A DNA stretch of 64,000 bases from Octopus bimaculoides (Eukaryota): positions 109,814,709 to 109,878,708 of the forward strand of contig NC_068983.1 in the NCBI RefSeq assembly GCF_001194135.2. The letters run 5' to 3'. Shown in pieces: positions 24,006 through 38,466 of the stretch; position 1 is the stretch's first letter; each line of letters begins with the position of its first letter. Both the position numbers and the translations under genes were made by a program. The notes beneath the pieces were generated by a model that made no database searches, had not been told where the DNA came from, and worked only from the letters and a program-made list of their open reading frames with translations.

Positions 24006-26712
24006 ATTATAGTCATTTTTTTCTCATTTTCTTTCTCGTTGTTGTTTTGTTTTTGATATGATGAAGAGTGAATCTGTGAAGTAGAAAGAGAAAATTCCAA
24101 CTAATTTACCTATTAATAGAACCCATTTTGACAAACTTTATGTTAGGAGAAAACAAAGAAACAAAAGAAAAAATATAATAAAATTCAAATGATGTATAGT
24201 GTGATATAAAACAAACCTGTAGCTGGCCAGGATTTGAAGTTGACATTTGTGATTTCAGACCTGTACACAGTATTTATCTTACCAGTCCTTTTACAATATA
24301 CACAAGCAAAATACATGGTAAAAGTAATTTGACCCTTCTATGATCCTTTGATCTACTTGAGCCATATAAAAATTGCTTTAGCCATAGCCATGAACAAAGT
24401 CATTTATTTAAAGAAGCAAGTTACAGGGAATTTTTATAATCTCCCATCCAACTCTCAGTCACCCTACTGATTTAGATGCTAAAAATATTTCACATAGTGA
24501 CTTCTATTGGTTACTTTTCCATACAATTCTATTATTCTATCATTTTTATTACATTTTGATCTAAAAGAGGTCATTAGATAATCAAAAGATATTTTTATTC
24601 AATAATCCTCAATAGAAAATCAGAACTTCTGCTCCCCTTGTATAGTCTTGTACCTAGCAAACACTCTCAAAGTGTCTCAGTCTGTGTTTCAGCAGACACA
24701 ATCAGTGAAACATTCTCAGCTGTCAGGCTGGCTTCAGCTAGTCTCAGTCTTGTTTTAAGGTGTCACAGTTTCTCTCTCCTACTCACTCATATGCTTTCTT
24801 TTTCTTACATAAACCTTAGCATTTTCTTCACTTTAAGATACATCAGACATACAAATACAGTGAATACACACATCATAGAGAAACATATACATGCCAACAC
24901 ATAAACTATTATTGATGCATTCATAAATTGTACATTTATTCTGTATTTCACTCATTACCTCAAGTTCTCTGCAACTCAGCTGATGTGTTCAGGTTTTTGA
25001 TTCTTTTCGTTCATTTACTATTTCAACCATTCATCTGTAATTGCATTATAATTTGCTTCAAATGTATTTGAAGCAAAAATCATGAACTAATTTTCCTTGC
25101 TTTTTTGTAAAGATAAAACTTCACTGAAAATTGTTTATTGCTCTGTTGCAGTTTAGTTGATTGTTTGAAATAATACATACAAATTAATTCAAAAATAATA
25201 TGTAAATCACAATCATAGTTGGTAGAATATTTTGTATCATTAGATTATACTGCAGCATCTAAGTTAGCAAAAACCTGACAAAATAAAGCAAATGAATTAA
25301 ATATTTGAGCCTGCAACAAATGTTTTAATTTTTTAAACCTATCTATGAAATGTTTAAATTTGTTTATGTTCTAACTATTATCATCAAACAAATGTACTGA
25401 AATTTAAACACCCTACCACCCTAAAATTATCTATAAAAATGTCAGAATGACACATTGATCAGGACAACCTGGGTGTTGTAAAACAATATCACTAAGGCTC
25501 ACTGGAGAAGCAAGAATTGAGCATAATTTTGTTTCAAAAGGTAGTCTACTGTTTCCAATTAGCATTTTCCATTCTTATTGTCAATAAATGATACTCATTT
25601 GATATGATGTTTAGTAGATCAACAGTTGGTGTAATCTGCAACCTAAGGATTAAATCTTTCTATATAAAGTTTTTTGGTATAAAGCTTTTGGTGCTTTTAA
25701 TATAACAGTTATTTGCAGCATACTTGTTTTTGACTACTTCCCTTAAAATGTAATTTCATACTCTTAGGAAGGGGCAAGAAATCCTATTCAAGGAGGAATT
25801 CTATAATTTGTAATTAGAGTGTCTTTATTCTATGTCAGTGATTAGCCACAACAAAATCATTTATTTAAAGAAGCAATTAGTATCTTAAGCTAAGTTACAT
25901 ACTGGGAACTTCTATATTGGCAATTCATTTTAGATCTATCCAACTCACAAGTACCTTACAGTTTTAGATAGTAAGCCATTTTCATCAGTTACTCTTTAGT
26001 TTGATTGTTACTCTAACTTATTTATTACAGAATATCATAGTCATTGATACTTTGACATATAAAGATAGTTTTCTTCAATACACTGCAAAATAAAAAAAAA
26101 TTCCCTCTATCTGAATGTAGTCATATGTTATCTTAGTAAATCTAATAAATTTAGTCAATTTATATTATTAACTTGATTGGCTCTTAGCAACACCAATAGA
26201 GACATCATCTAGTGCTCTGCTCACTTAACCACCTGACAAACATTGTCAAGTTCCAAGCATCTGTAAGATGGGCAAAATCATAAGTATCAAGAAATCCAAG
26301 TAAAGCATGTTGCAGAGCTATCAACTATATATACATGCCATTAGAAATTCTAGAAGGGCTGGTACTTGATGTCATAACCATTCATTCTCTTTCTCCCAGA
26401 TCAATCATGCAACAGATTTAGACCAACAACTATGCTACTGATGAACATAATAAAAAGGAGGACACGTGGCTGCTTCAACAACAAAAAATCTCTCACACAA
26501 TCTCTTTGTTCCCTGCTATCTACTAATGCATACAATACTGAACATTTACTTAAGAGACAACACAATGCATCAGTTAACACACAACCTCTCAGCTGATCAG
26601 GACTTGCCTCTTGGAATACAAGGGATTTTGTCATATCCACCCTTTTCAACATATATCTATATCACCTTCTTACACCCACTCCAAACATAAACACAACCTC
26701 ACATGCAGCTGA

Positions 26713-26746
<34 letters not shown>

Positions 26747-29700
26747 GCACGCACGCACACACACACACACATACACATCTTTCGATTATACTTCAGTCAC
26801 CAAGAAACATGGTGCAAAACATGATTTAAGTAGCTTTTGGCATATCAGCTGTGTTGTCTCTTCTAAAACAAGAGACGCCATTACATCCAAAGTCATATAT
26901 AGCATATGAAAATGACAAAATTATGAGAATTAGACCTCCACAGTGTTCACATCATACATAGATGAAGTTATAAAGAAAGCAAAACCTACAGACATGTGCA
27001 AACATAATTATGACCCTAAGAAATAACATATTTGACCAACAAGCAATGCATTGGTTCCATAATGGATTATGCCAGTGTTTGGGTCTCTAGTCATCTTACA
27101 ACAAATTGCAATAAAGTACAAATGGCACAAATAGTTTACTTTACACCATCACTATTTGTACATAAACCATACTTATAAACCACTAAACAATGAATACCAT
27201 TGAAACAAAAATTGAGAAAACAACAGATCACCAGGACAGAGAGGGGGTATAGTATATTGTTACAAACTCTAAACTGTTATTACTTGCAAAAATCACTTAA
27301 CTTCCACCAGTATATCCATAGCACCTCTGAAAACTACTGCAATACTACCATAAAAATCACCATCTCACCATTTACTTTAAACCATCACAAAAACACATAC
27401 ATACAGAAATGGATGTTGCATCAGTACCCCCCCCCCCCCATTAACCGCAAACATTGTGCTGGAAGGCACATATTGAATTGTAGATGTAGACGAGCTGCTG
27501 CTTTGGTGTTCCGAATAAGTTCATCAGTTCATCTTGCCTACATCTGTATCCAGCTAGATCCTGCAGCATTCAAAAATAAACAGAAAAGTGACGATTTAAC
27601 ATTTTCTGATTGCTACATTGCACTCCATATGATTCATCACTGCATATGGTTCTCACCTAAAGAGAGATATAGTATACCTGATGAATATGTGCATTGCATA
27701 TAGTTAGCTTACTCCATTGTTATAAGATCAGAATTAAACTGGAACCACTCAACAACACTTTCTGTGTTTCAATACCAGGTATCTTATTTGGTTTAAATTC
27801 CACTTTTCCCCTCCTTAATTTACCCAGCTATTAAATAGATTAGCAGATTTTTTTTTCTCTTTACATTATTTACAAGCTCATTTGTACATTAACTGTGACT
27901 CAAAGTCACAACTACTCCTGTATTCCTGGGCATCTGTTTAGAAATGTATAATTGTACACAATTATGATCCTTCTGCCCCCATTAAATTCTGCTGTATTAA
28001 TTTGATTTCTTGCATGTCAAAGATGATAGAAACTGTCATTAAGAACCTCTCTGTTCAGTGGTCATTAATATAAATTCTAAAACTCTAGATTTGCTGAAGA
28101 GCTACCCTAGTAAAATGTCGTTTATGATGCCATATAATTGAAGCAAATTCAAAACTGCTAATCTTGTAATTTACACAGCCATTAAAATATGGCATGCCAA
28201 TCTTTTGACCAAATTTCTTCTTTGAAGTTTGACTTGGTTTACAAGGTAATTGCAGAAATATTTTAAATACAAAGTAGGAATAGATAAGTTACTTTCAGAA
28301 AAAAAAAAAATCTGATTTTCCCTCAAGGAATCAAACAACACGCTTCTTTGTTATGTTTCTTGAAATCAATTTCCATCTGTACATTAAATAACAATGCAAT
28401 TCTTGTCAAAACATTGAATATCAAGACAGTAAGAGATAGCATCTAACCCTTGTGGAGTTTGCTTATTGAGTAAATGAATTGTTATATTCATTCAATTGTA
28501 AGTAAGTTAAAATAAATGCTTGTATGCTAAATTTGAATGTAATATTAGTTTTTCATAGTGCAGTGGTTATTGTACTTGTTTTTAAGCTGGAGAAAGTGTT
28601 GCTCTTTTGTATCATTTGCAAAAGTATCACAATTCATATTGTTTATGTGAAAGTCTCATCTATTATATCCAATTTAATATCTAGAGAGGTGGGGTGCACA
28701 ACTAGCTGCATTGGTTTATAATATGGATGTCAAACATATAGCTTGTGAACTGAATCCAGCCTGCAGCAATGTTTTGTGTGGCCTCTAGCTCAATTTAATA
28801 AATAAAGATATTTTTCATATTAAAAATATTCTGTAAAATATATATCACTAGCATGCATTCTGAGTCAGTGTCTCAGAATGCATTCTAGTGATAAACTTGT
28901 GATTAATTTCAGTTTTAATTAGTTAAATCAATGCACCTTTAGAAATCTTTTTATCTAAAACAATATGAAAAAAAGAAACTTCTGAATCCATATACCAAAA
29001 GATGTGATCTATTTCCACCTCACTTTGTCTATAAAAACCAAGCCAAGCAAAAAATTTTCCCTTCAAATTTATGCATATGTTCATTTGAATGGATTCTAGA
29101 AATATGAATAATACTAAAAGGATTTTGCAGCTGAGACAGTGCAAATTTTATATCAAGCATTTGTCTTTGAATATAATATTAATGCTTTCATAGTGTAGTG
29201 GTTATTGTACTTAGTCTTTTAAGCAGAAGAATGAAACTGTTATTCTTTTGTATCATTTATAAAACTACAGCTCTTCATATTGTTTATATAAAAGTCTCAT
29301 CTATGCATTCATTTGGATCACTGTAAGATCTTTTATTTCATAGGACTGCATGTATGCCATATAGATGTAATTTTCCCAGAATCTGTGCACACAAACTTTG
29401 CTAACTCCTCATATTCTGTTCTTTACTGTTTATAAATTTTTAATGTATATTGACCCCTTTATCCACTTACATTGGTGATACATTACAAATAACGCTTTTA
29501 GGAATAATAATCTCTATCTCACCCATGAGATCTAGTTTTGAGTTCAGTCCAAACCACAAACCCAAACAAGTTTGATTTCCCTGGTTTATGATGTCACTGG
29601 CATTGCATTGGCTTTTAATGAAACTTTCAGTTTTAATTTCCATTCAGTTATTGTTCAAATGTCAAGAAGGGAGATGAAATCATCCATTTCTTCATCTAAA

Positions 29701-31449
29701 TTCGATAGAACTGATTATATGATGATGGATGGCTGATTGCAAGGGGTCAAGCAAACATCTGTCTCAAACCAGTGTATGTTATTTATTATTTCTCTTTTGG
29801 TTGTAGAAGATTAAAATAATGTAAGTTTCTTGAGATTTATATTTCCTATAAAGTTACAATCAAGTTAATTTTTCTTTCATTCCCTTTCTTTATTCCTGTT
29901 TTGTTGTTTTGTTTTGTTTCTCACAAGAATATTTCTCAAAATTTAGTCTCATGCTTATCATAAGCAATACTATAGACATAGTTAACATTGTAAAGTTGTT
30001 TTCTATCATTTCCTATGAGCATAACAATCTGTTATGTGTAAGAATTTCAAATCTTTATCTATGATCAAACATTAGTCAGTTTATCAACCTCTCCTAGCAT
30101 TTGCTTTCTTCTTTATGATTTGGTGATTCTCTCAAAATTAAGGCAAATAAATGGTTCTACGTATGGACCATTATTAGTCAGTGAAAATGTGAAAAAGTTT
30201 CTAATATTTTCTCATACTTTCATAATTTCATTATAACACTTGGTTATTGGATAAGCTACCTTGATTCTCTCAACTGTGTTTTTTTGAATAATCAGTTTCA
30301 TTACTTCTTCACATACATTTCCTTAGCATAAGTATATGTAAAGAAAACTGAAATATTTAATAATTTTATGTAGATGATGTTATTTTCAAAGTAGTAAGAT
30401 CTGAATTGTAGTGAGAACGGGAATTGCTACAATAGCTTTGTATGTAAAGAAGAGTTGTTGGTGAAAATATGTAATATCTTCATTAAATTAAACTTGAAAA
30501 TAACACTCAATTAAAAAAAGCACTTGAAAATTTTCTATTCATTTTTTAAAATTTACAGTGTAGTATCTTAGTAATATTATTGTCACTATAAGTTTATAGA
30601 GAAGTATGTATAGTATTATTAAAATTATTAGCATAAGTAGATTGTTTTATATGGAACATATTTTAAAAGATTATCATTTAGTATATAAAGGAAAAATTAT
30701 TATTAAGAAGGTGGTGAATATTAGAACTGAAGGAGTGAGTGCTGGATTATATACTTTTCTTAAATCCTTTTACATTCTGAATTTGCAGCCTTCTGAAACC
30801 AGTGTTACTCTCATTCTTCCCTGAGTCAGTAAAAAGAAGGTAGCAGTTAACTGTGTTCAAGTTAATTAATTATAGCCCACTTCAAAAAGTGTGTGACTTT
30901 GATCTCAAAGGATTCACAATTCCTATTCTTTTCTTTTCATTCTCATCATTTTCATATTTCTAGTTACAGTATCTTATATTTTCAGGCCTTTGAAAATGCC
31001 TCTTGTTAATGTTTGTAACTACTCTGTTTTCTTTAGGTACACCTTTCTCCCATTATAACTCTTTTACTGATTTCATCCAGCTGACTATTGTCATACATAA
31101 TCATCAAATAATTATTAGTAGCTGTTTCATCTAGATGAACTTTATTGCTTAGAGTGTTATTGTTGGTTAGTTATATGTATGATTTGTTGGTATTTGTTAA
31201 GCATCTACTTTATTCAAAGAATTTTACATTTTTCATCCCTTTCAATTGCTAAACATTCAACTTGATTTTGTTGTATAATTATCTCACCTGTTTCTAAACT
31301 GGCTGACAATGTTTACTTTACTGTATCCAGGTGTTCCATTAAGCATCAGACATCATTCTACCATATACAGCAACTGATACTCTTGACCAATGTTTTCTCA
31401 ATTGTTGCCATTTTCCCCAATTCTGATCTTGCCTCTTTGTATGATTAGT

Positions 31450-31900
31450 TTCTTAGTTTCTCTTCATTTGTGTCTAGTTTACTCAACAATAAAAGGTGTT
31501 GTATGTATTTTCTTCGGGTGTAATAATTTAATTCTTGTTCTTGCACTCTTATCTTGTTAAAAGTATATTCATCATTCTGGGCATGTTTTACCATTGGTTG
31601 TTCATTTGTTGATTGTTGGGTCAGTGTTTTGTGCAATCTTGCATAAATTTGATGGTTTTCATGTCATTTTAAATAATATTGATGATGCATACTCCTTTTT
31701 TACCAAGAATACTTTTTCTAGTAGTAATTCATACATGCACTCTCCAGTTTTCATTGCAAAATGGTTTTCATGTAATCTTTCAGGCATTGAAACAACCGTA
31801 AGAATTTCAAAATATTTTTCTTTGATCCATTTTGGATTACAATGTTGTGTGTCTAGATGTTTTCTACTAAGTATTGTAAGTGGAATCTGATGAAGTATGA
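31450..31900 (-). mobile_element. Non-LTR retrotransposon remnant, possibly R4/Dong-like
   Basis: Minus strand contains KF(Y)ARLHKT..QQSTN...DEYTF...QEQE, resembling the post-RT region of RLE-type elements. Heavily decayed. Confidence 0.4.
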
Positions 31901-32149
31901 TCATATTGTAGATTTGTTCTTATATGAAGTCAGTCATGTGACTGGTTGGAAGCTCTTGGCTGCTGTTATTTTCTAACTCAGCTCCAAGTACTATCTTCAT
32001 TTTAATATACATTTTGGTATGTTTGCTTGGTGATTTGGTCTCCTCCAACAGCACATGTTGTCAATATTCAGTAACCTTCATCACCTTTGTGATTTACAAT
32101 ATCTTGAAGTCAGTTTTTACCACATTTTCCCAAGACTCTATTAATCTCA

Positions 32150-34950
32150 CTCTTCCTTATCATTCCTTTTGAGTGCTCGACACTTCCCTATTAAGTTGAC
32201 AGTTTTCATAGGCATCACAAGAATGTACTAGCACAACTATCTCTTATGCATACATCTAAATCCTCGTATGTACAGATTTTCTTTCAGCTCATTCATACCA
32301 TATTTATTCAGACAGGCAAGTACACCATGTCCAGCAAAGTATGCTCACTTCATTTCATTCTGCTCTTTGCATATCCTCTCCTTCCAAGGCCTATGTCTTG
32401 ATATCTTGCAGCAATTTACTCTGCACATGAGCATCATACAGTTTGTTCTTCACTCAGAGAAAGGAACTCTTTGTTCTGATAACTGAGTAACAGAACTTAT
32501 TACTGCTGGGGCATTTATGAGTATTTATTTTCCAGTTGCTCTTTGTACTTATTGCTTTTGTACCCCAACTACTTGTGGTGACTACTTTCATATAAGCCTG
32601 TTGTGATCTCACTATACCTATTATGCAATTTATTGTTTTGAATTTTTTTCTTTTTCTTGCATTCTGAACATGTAACTTACCTGATAGTAGTAGGATCTTG
32701 TCGTCTTTTCTCCCCAATAGAACTTAATAGAACTTTAATCTTTCCTGACCTTAAGACCTCTTAATTTCAGGTTTTATTTTCATGTCAGGAATTTCTTCTC
32801 TTGAGATTCGTCTTTAAGAACTAAGTCTTCAACATACAGTAGTTTTCACTGACAGCCTCCCTTAAACTCCTTTATTATAGCTTTGATGGTTACAATAAAC
32901 AGGAGAGGACTGGAATTGAGCTTTAATAAATTCTTTTTCTATATGGATTATATGGTCCAACCATGCAATCACAGAGAGAGAGAGAGAACCCTGTCGAAAG
33001 GTTTCTCCTTCAAGTCAATAAATACTTGTTAGAGGCCTTTACTTAGAGCTAATTATGTCTCCTGCAATTGTTGCACTAGATTGATGGTATCAGTGGCACT
33101 TCTTCCATGCATTAAACTGAACTGTATTTCAACTAGATTAATCCTGTTCCTCATCAATTTTGCAATATTTCTCTGTAACTTATATTGTGAGCCAACAATT
33201 TGATGCATCGTTTTGCTTCTGTTTAGTGTTTCGTTTTTTCTTTTAACATTTTATAAATATACTGTAATGCCAGTCATGGTATAGCACTTTCTGTGTTACC
33301 TGTTGGATTGTGTGAATGACAAAGTCATACTCTGTTTTGCCAGATATTTTTAAGTACTTCAGCAGATATCTCTGATGGATAAACTACTTTTATTTTTATA
33401 TCTTTAATTACTCTATTGATTGTACTGTTATCATTGTCAATGGCTAGTCCTTCTGTTAAATCTACATAGTGTAGAATTTCATAGATTCTCCACATACCGC
33501 ACCTTCTTGCATTAGCACATTAGGCCTTTTTTGGCGTCACTGAGTGCTAGTGTACCTTTTTCATTCTGTACACACATCTTTACTGCACTACTAAGCAATA
33601 CAAAACACTGAATGCCGCTGATCCTCATGCCTGATGACATGCAAACCTCTTTCTTTATACTTTTCTCCATGCTAAGTATACATAAAGTTTAACTTCTAGA
33701 TATTTGGTGCTTTTTTTATCGTTCCTTTTCTTCTAGTCTTTCTAAGTTAGTCTCTTATTGTCTATTGGCTACTGCACTGCCTCATCACTGTGTCACTTAG
33801 TGACTGGTTTGATAAGACTTTGCATCATCATCATCATCGTCATCATCATCATCATCGTTTAACGTCCGCTTTCCATGCCAGCATGGGTTGGATGATTTGA
33901 CTGAGGACTGGTGAACCAGATGGCTACACCAGGCTCCAATCTAATTTGGCAGAGTTTCTACAGCTGGATGCCCTTCCTAACACCAATCACTCCGAGAGTG
34001 TAGTGGGTGCTTTTACGTGCCACCAGCACGAAGGCCAGTCAGGCGGTACTGGCAATGGCCATGCTCAAAATGGTGTATTTTATGTGCCACCTGCACAGGA
34101 GCCAGTCCAGCGGCACTGGCAACGATCTAAGCCACACAAATTCACTGTTTCTTAGCATTTCTTGGAGAAACTTCCAGTTTTCTTGTATGTTATAAGATTC
34201 TATCTTTACTTTTCTGTCATCACATCAACCAGAATTTCTATGAATCTTTTCTGAATTTTTCAGCTTCCATGTCTCCCTTCCACAAATTGCCTTTCCTCTT
34301 TAATTTCATGTCTCTGACTCTGAAATTGCTAATCAGTAATTTATGTTGGATGGTACTTTCTTCATAAGAAAACATAATGCTTACAGTTATTTGCTTTACT
34401 GTTTCCTGGCATAGTTAAAGTCTTTTCGGCTAGTGTATTTGTCTCATTGGTAGGTGATCAAGTGGTTAGTTGGTTTCCTGAAATTTGTAATGTAGATAGT
34501 TAGGATATTTCCATCAGAGAACTCAGTAAGCTGTGATCTTTACTCATTTCTCAATCCATACCCATATCCTCAATATCCTCTTGATATCGTTCAACATATC
34601 AATGAATTTCACAGCTTTCATAATAAGGCTATCATCATTTGTTCTCAATGTAGCTTGCAAGAGGTACTCATAGACGTGGTCCTTCTTTTCATCTGCCAGT
34701 CCTGTTAATGGTCACAAGTGTCACACTCGTTTATGACTGACTTGATTTTAATTATTCTTTTGCATATTCTGACAGTCTTAATTACCTTATTATTTATTTC
34801 TATGCTAATGATATGCCAACTCTGGACACTATTGCTATTACTCACCTAGAAGTATTTATACCTTTATTCTTCACCACTTCTATACATCATGCATTCTCTT
34901 GCCTGCTCTTCAGCATTTCCACACAAGGAGATAATTTCTTATGAGTCAAT
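32150..34950 (-). mobile_element. Near-full-length decayed RTE LINE ORF (APE plus RT plus C-terminus), interrupted by a retroposon
   Basis: APE: EEKKDHVYE.LLQAT, NFRKPTNHLITY, EESTIQHKLLISNF. RT: PSEISAEVLK, QFSLMHGRSATDTI.LVQQLQE, LLYVEDL. C-terminus: LSLRVKNKLYDAHVQS. Confidence 0.8.
33826..34135 (-). mobile_element. RTE-tail retroposon, young copy nested in the RTE LINE
   Basis: (CAT)n-CGTTTAACGTCCGCTTTCCATGCCAGCATGGGTTGG..., close to 9750-9900 and 44004-44300. Confidence 0.85.
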
Positions 34951-35029
34951 TAATTAGATATATTAACTCTGAATAGGTAGGTTGAATCAGCAAATTAGAA
35001 ATTTTTATTCTCAATAATAATAATCATGA

Positions 35030-35232
35030 TTTCAAATTTTGGCCACAAGGGCAGCTTGGGGAGAGGATTAAGTTGATTACATCGACCCCAGTGCATAACT
35101 GGTACTTATTTAACCGACCCCGAAAGGCAAAGTCAACCACAGCGGAATTTGAACTCAGAATGTAAAGACAGATGAAATATCGCTAAGCATTTTGCCTGGC
35201 ATGCTAATGATTCTACCAGCTTGCTGCCTTAT
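35030..35232 (-). mobile_element. tRNA-derived SINE (family A)
   Basis: GATTACATCGACCCCAGTG..ACTGGTACTTATTT..CGACCCCGAAAGGCAAAGTCAAC..GGAATTTGAACTCAGAA..TTCTACCAGCTTGC. Confidence 0.8.
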
Positions 35233-35237
35233 TCTCA

Positions 35238-35238
<1 letters not shown>

Positions 35239-35288
<50 letters not shown>
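35239..35288. repeat. (TAA)n microsatellite
   Basis: Pure TAA run immediately before the mariner 5' TIR. Confidence 0.95.
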
Positions 35289-35289
<1 letters not shown>

Positions 35290-36528
35290 GCTGTTCTGAA
35301 AATAATGGCTGCTCTAAGTGTTGTGTTTTGAAACACAATCTTATCATAGTATTTTAATTATATTTTAGGTGGATTTCAAAATACTTAATAATTGATATAT
35401 ACTCTTTAATAATTTTCTACTTATTTTAGATAGAAAATATTCTTGGAGTATAGGCATCCTTTATTATGAACATGACAAAAAAGGACCTTCGCTTACTTTT
35501 CTTGCATGAGTTCAAACTTGGGCATAATGCCCCCCAAACTGCTGCCAATATCAACAGTGAATGGGGATAGGGGTCTACAAGTGATCGCACAGTACGAAGG
35601 TGGTTTCAGAAATTCTGTAGTGGTGACGAGAGCCTTGAAGATGAAGAGGGTAGAGGACGGTCATGCAATCTTGACAATGTACAATTGAAAGCAATTGTTG
35701 AATGAAATCAAAGTGTCACAGAAATGTCTGAGGCATTTGATGTCAGTATTGCAATGGTCTCTATCGCAATCTGCAGAAGATTGGTAAGGTGAAAAAGCTC
35801 GATAAATGGGTGCTGCATGAGCTCAATGAAAATCAAAAAACTTGGTGTTTTGAAGTGTGCTTGATACTCTTTCTCTGAAACACCAGTGCTCCTTTTCTTG
35901 ACCCAATAGTCACTTGCGACGAAAAGTGAATCCTTTACGATGACTGTAAATGGCTTGATTGTGATGAGTCTCCTAAACATTTCCCAAAGCCAAAGTTGCA
36001 TCAGCAAAAGATTATGTCTGGTGGTCTGCAATTAGTGTTGTCCATTACAGTTTTCTGGAAGCCAATCAGAGCATTACAGCAGATGTTTACTGCAATCAAT
36101 TCGCTGAAATACATGCTCACTTGCAAAAAATGAATTGGTGTGGCCCAATTCTACTCACCATAACTCAAAGCCATGTGTTGCAAGAATGACACTGCAGAAA
36201 CTCACAGACTTGAGATACAAGACTTTACCACATCCTCCATATTCTCCCGATCTTTCACCTTCTGACTACCATTTTATAAGCATTTAAACACGTTTTTAAG
36301 TGATAAAACTTTGAACTCCAAATGAGAGGTGGAATCAGCTTTCAAAGATTTCTTAGCATCAAAGCCATAAGTTTTTATCAACGAAGCATAAATAATCTTG
36401 TTGATCGATGGCAGAGTTGCATAGATGTTCACAGCTCATACTTTGACTAATCAAAACATTTCTATTGTTAATTTTTTCAGAAAAAAATTATGTTTCTGAA
36501 ATTGGCCATTATTTTTGGAACAACCTAA
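35287..36528 (+). mobile_element. Full-length decayed mariner (DD34D, Hsmar1-like) transposon
   Basis: 5' TIR TAAGCTGTTCTGAAAATAATGGC versus reverse-complemented 3' TIR TTAGGTTGTTCCAAAAATAATGGCC with flanking TA. Transposase 35466-36450: LHEFKLGHNA, TVRRWFQKF, KWVLHEL, IVTCDEK, HPPYSPDLSPSDYH, LVDRWQSCIDVHSSYFD*, with several stops and frameshifts. Confidence 0.9.
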
Positions 36529-38357
36529 TAATTGATATCATCAAACTTATGTTGATTCCTTGATTTAAAAAAAATGAATGAATGTATACTGGTGATTACC
36601 CAAAGGAAGAGGAAAGATAAGAACAAGTTGGGATAGATGAGAGAAACAGAGAAGGTATAAGATCACAATTGAGAGATGGAGATGGAAAGAGGGGAAAGCT
36701 CCAGAATGCATAGAATCAGTGAGTCAGAATCAAAAGCTAACACTTTAAGATGAATACAACAACCAGAAAGACTTTAACTGCACTGAGAAAGGGAAAAAGC
36801 AAATGGTCATAAGTGTTAGGTGTCTACCTGCTGAAGAAAGTTACTTAAAGCCACAGTAAAGCCTGGTTTATAATTTGATGTACATCTACAGTTAAACTAG
36901 AAACAGTGAAACAGAACTTTCATAATAAGATAATTATTGATTAGATGTATTAACTGTTGATGTGGAAAGTTAAAACAACAAATCAGAAGTTTTCACTTAA
37001 CTTTCAGTTTCATTATTGACTATCCATCACTCATTCTGTACCTTAACCAGAGATATCATTAGTGTTTCTCTTTACACCCTGCCATTATTGTGTCGTTCAT
37101 CCCACTTCTACTACTGTCTTTCCTATTTCTCCTTCCTTTTTCACACCGTCACCCCAATCAGTCTGTTTCTCCACTTCATTACACTCTTCTCTCACCCAGT
37201 TCATCTACAATCATTCTCTCTTCTACTCACTCTGTTATTTATATTACTCTGAACAGCTGAAGAGGAAGTTGAGCACTGAGGGCCCTTTTCTTTTGCTGAC
37301 TATGAGGCAATGTTAGGTACCACAATAAAATGCACCAAGTACTCTGTGAAGTGGTTGGTGAATGAGTAGATAGCATTGAGAGGAGTTTCGGTCATAATAA
37401 AATGTACCACTATACTTTATAAAGTCATTGCTTTCAGGAAGGGCATCTTGCCATAATGCCATACTAAAATAAAATATATGAATGAAATTTAGTCTATTGA
37501 CCTGAATAAGAACTGTGATGAGCCATCCAGTCCATATTAACATGAGAAATGAAACATAAGTGATGATGACGATAACAATTAGTGTAATCAGCTGATTACC
37601 AAAGTATTTCAGGTAATTTTCAAAACACTCAAGACTTCAGAGTTTTAATAAAATATTTGTAACTTTATATTTGTCATATTATACTGTCTTTGACTATCTC
37701 TTGTTATTCCATCATGCTCTAATGAGATTGTGATTGATGTTTGCATTTATATATGCATTTATATTTAGAGACAGTCTCAAATAGTTTCATGTTTCAAAGG
37801 TTAAAGCTTATTTTTTTTATTTGATTTGGTAATTGGAACTTCCTGTAGTTGTTGTCTTTATCACATTGATTTTATTTTGAAGATTACATTTTGGTACTGC
37901 TGGCAATTATTTTGCTATAGATGCCAACATAGTATCATGGAAGGCATGGTTGTTGTTTCAAATTTATTTGGAAGCAAATCCTGTAAAATAAAATGATTTT
38001 AAAGTATATAGTTTGTAAGTGAAGTGAAATTTAATTGGAATGTGACATAAAGCTATGGGTTTGTGCCATCAGTAATCAACTTCTAATTTATTGTATTCAT
38101 GTCTATTAAGATATAGTGCTGCTGTACCAAACTGGTTTACTCTAATTGTTTAATGAGTAATTGTTGAACAGTCCTATTATATTATTATTAGCTTCAGTAA
38201 CTAAGTTTTATGGCATTCATTTTTTTTCTGCAATACAGAAATGTTAGAGAATTTTGGCATTGGAAAATGTTTTGTGCCTATTGCTGCTAGAGTGAAGTTT
38301 GAAAATGTGGTACATCTCATTAGATATCCTCAATTTTCATAATTTCTATAAACCGGC

Positions 38358-38466
<109 letters not shown>

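Noticed and set aside
24259-24317. Candidate signal-peptide exon (LYTVFILPVLLQYTQAKYM) for the TNFR-like gene
   Set aside because: All three frames are open, the splice sites are only moderate and nothing links it to other exons. Not distinguishable from chance.
27440-27562. Minus-strand exon candidate after a strong acceptor (DLAGYRCRQDELMNLFG...)
   Set aside because: No convincing donor, the peptide is unrecognised and there are no companion minus-strand exons.
29648-29770. SH3-like words VKKGDEII ... DDGWL in one frame after a good acceptor
   Set aside because: Three in-frame stops lie between the motifs and the other SH3 residues are missing. Likely chance.
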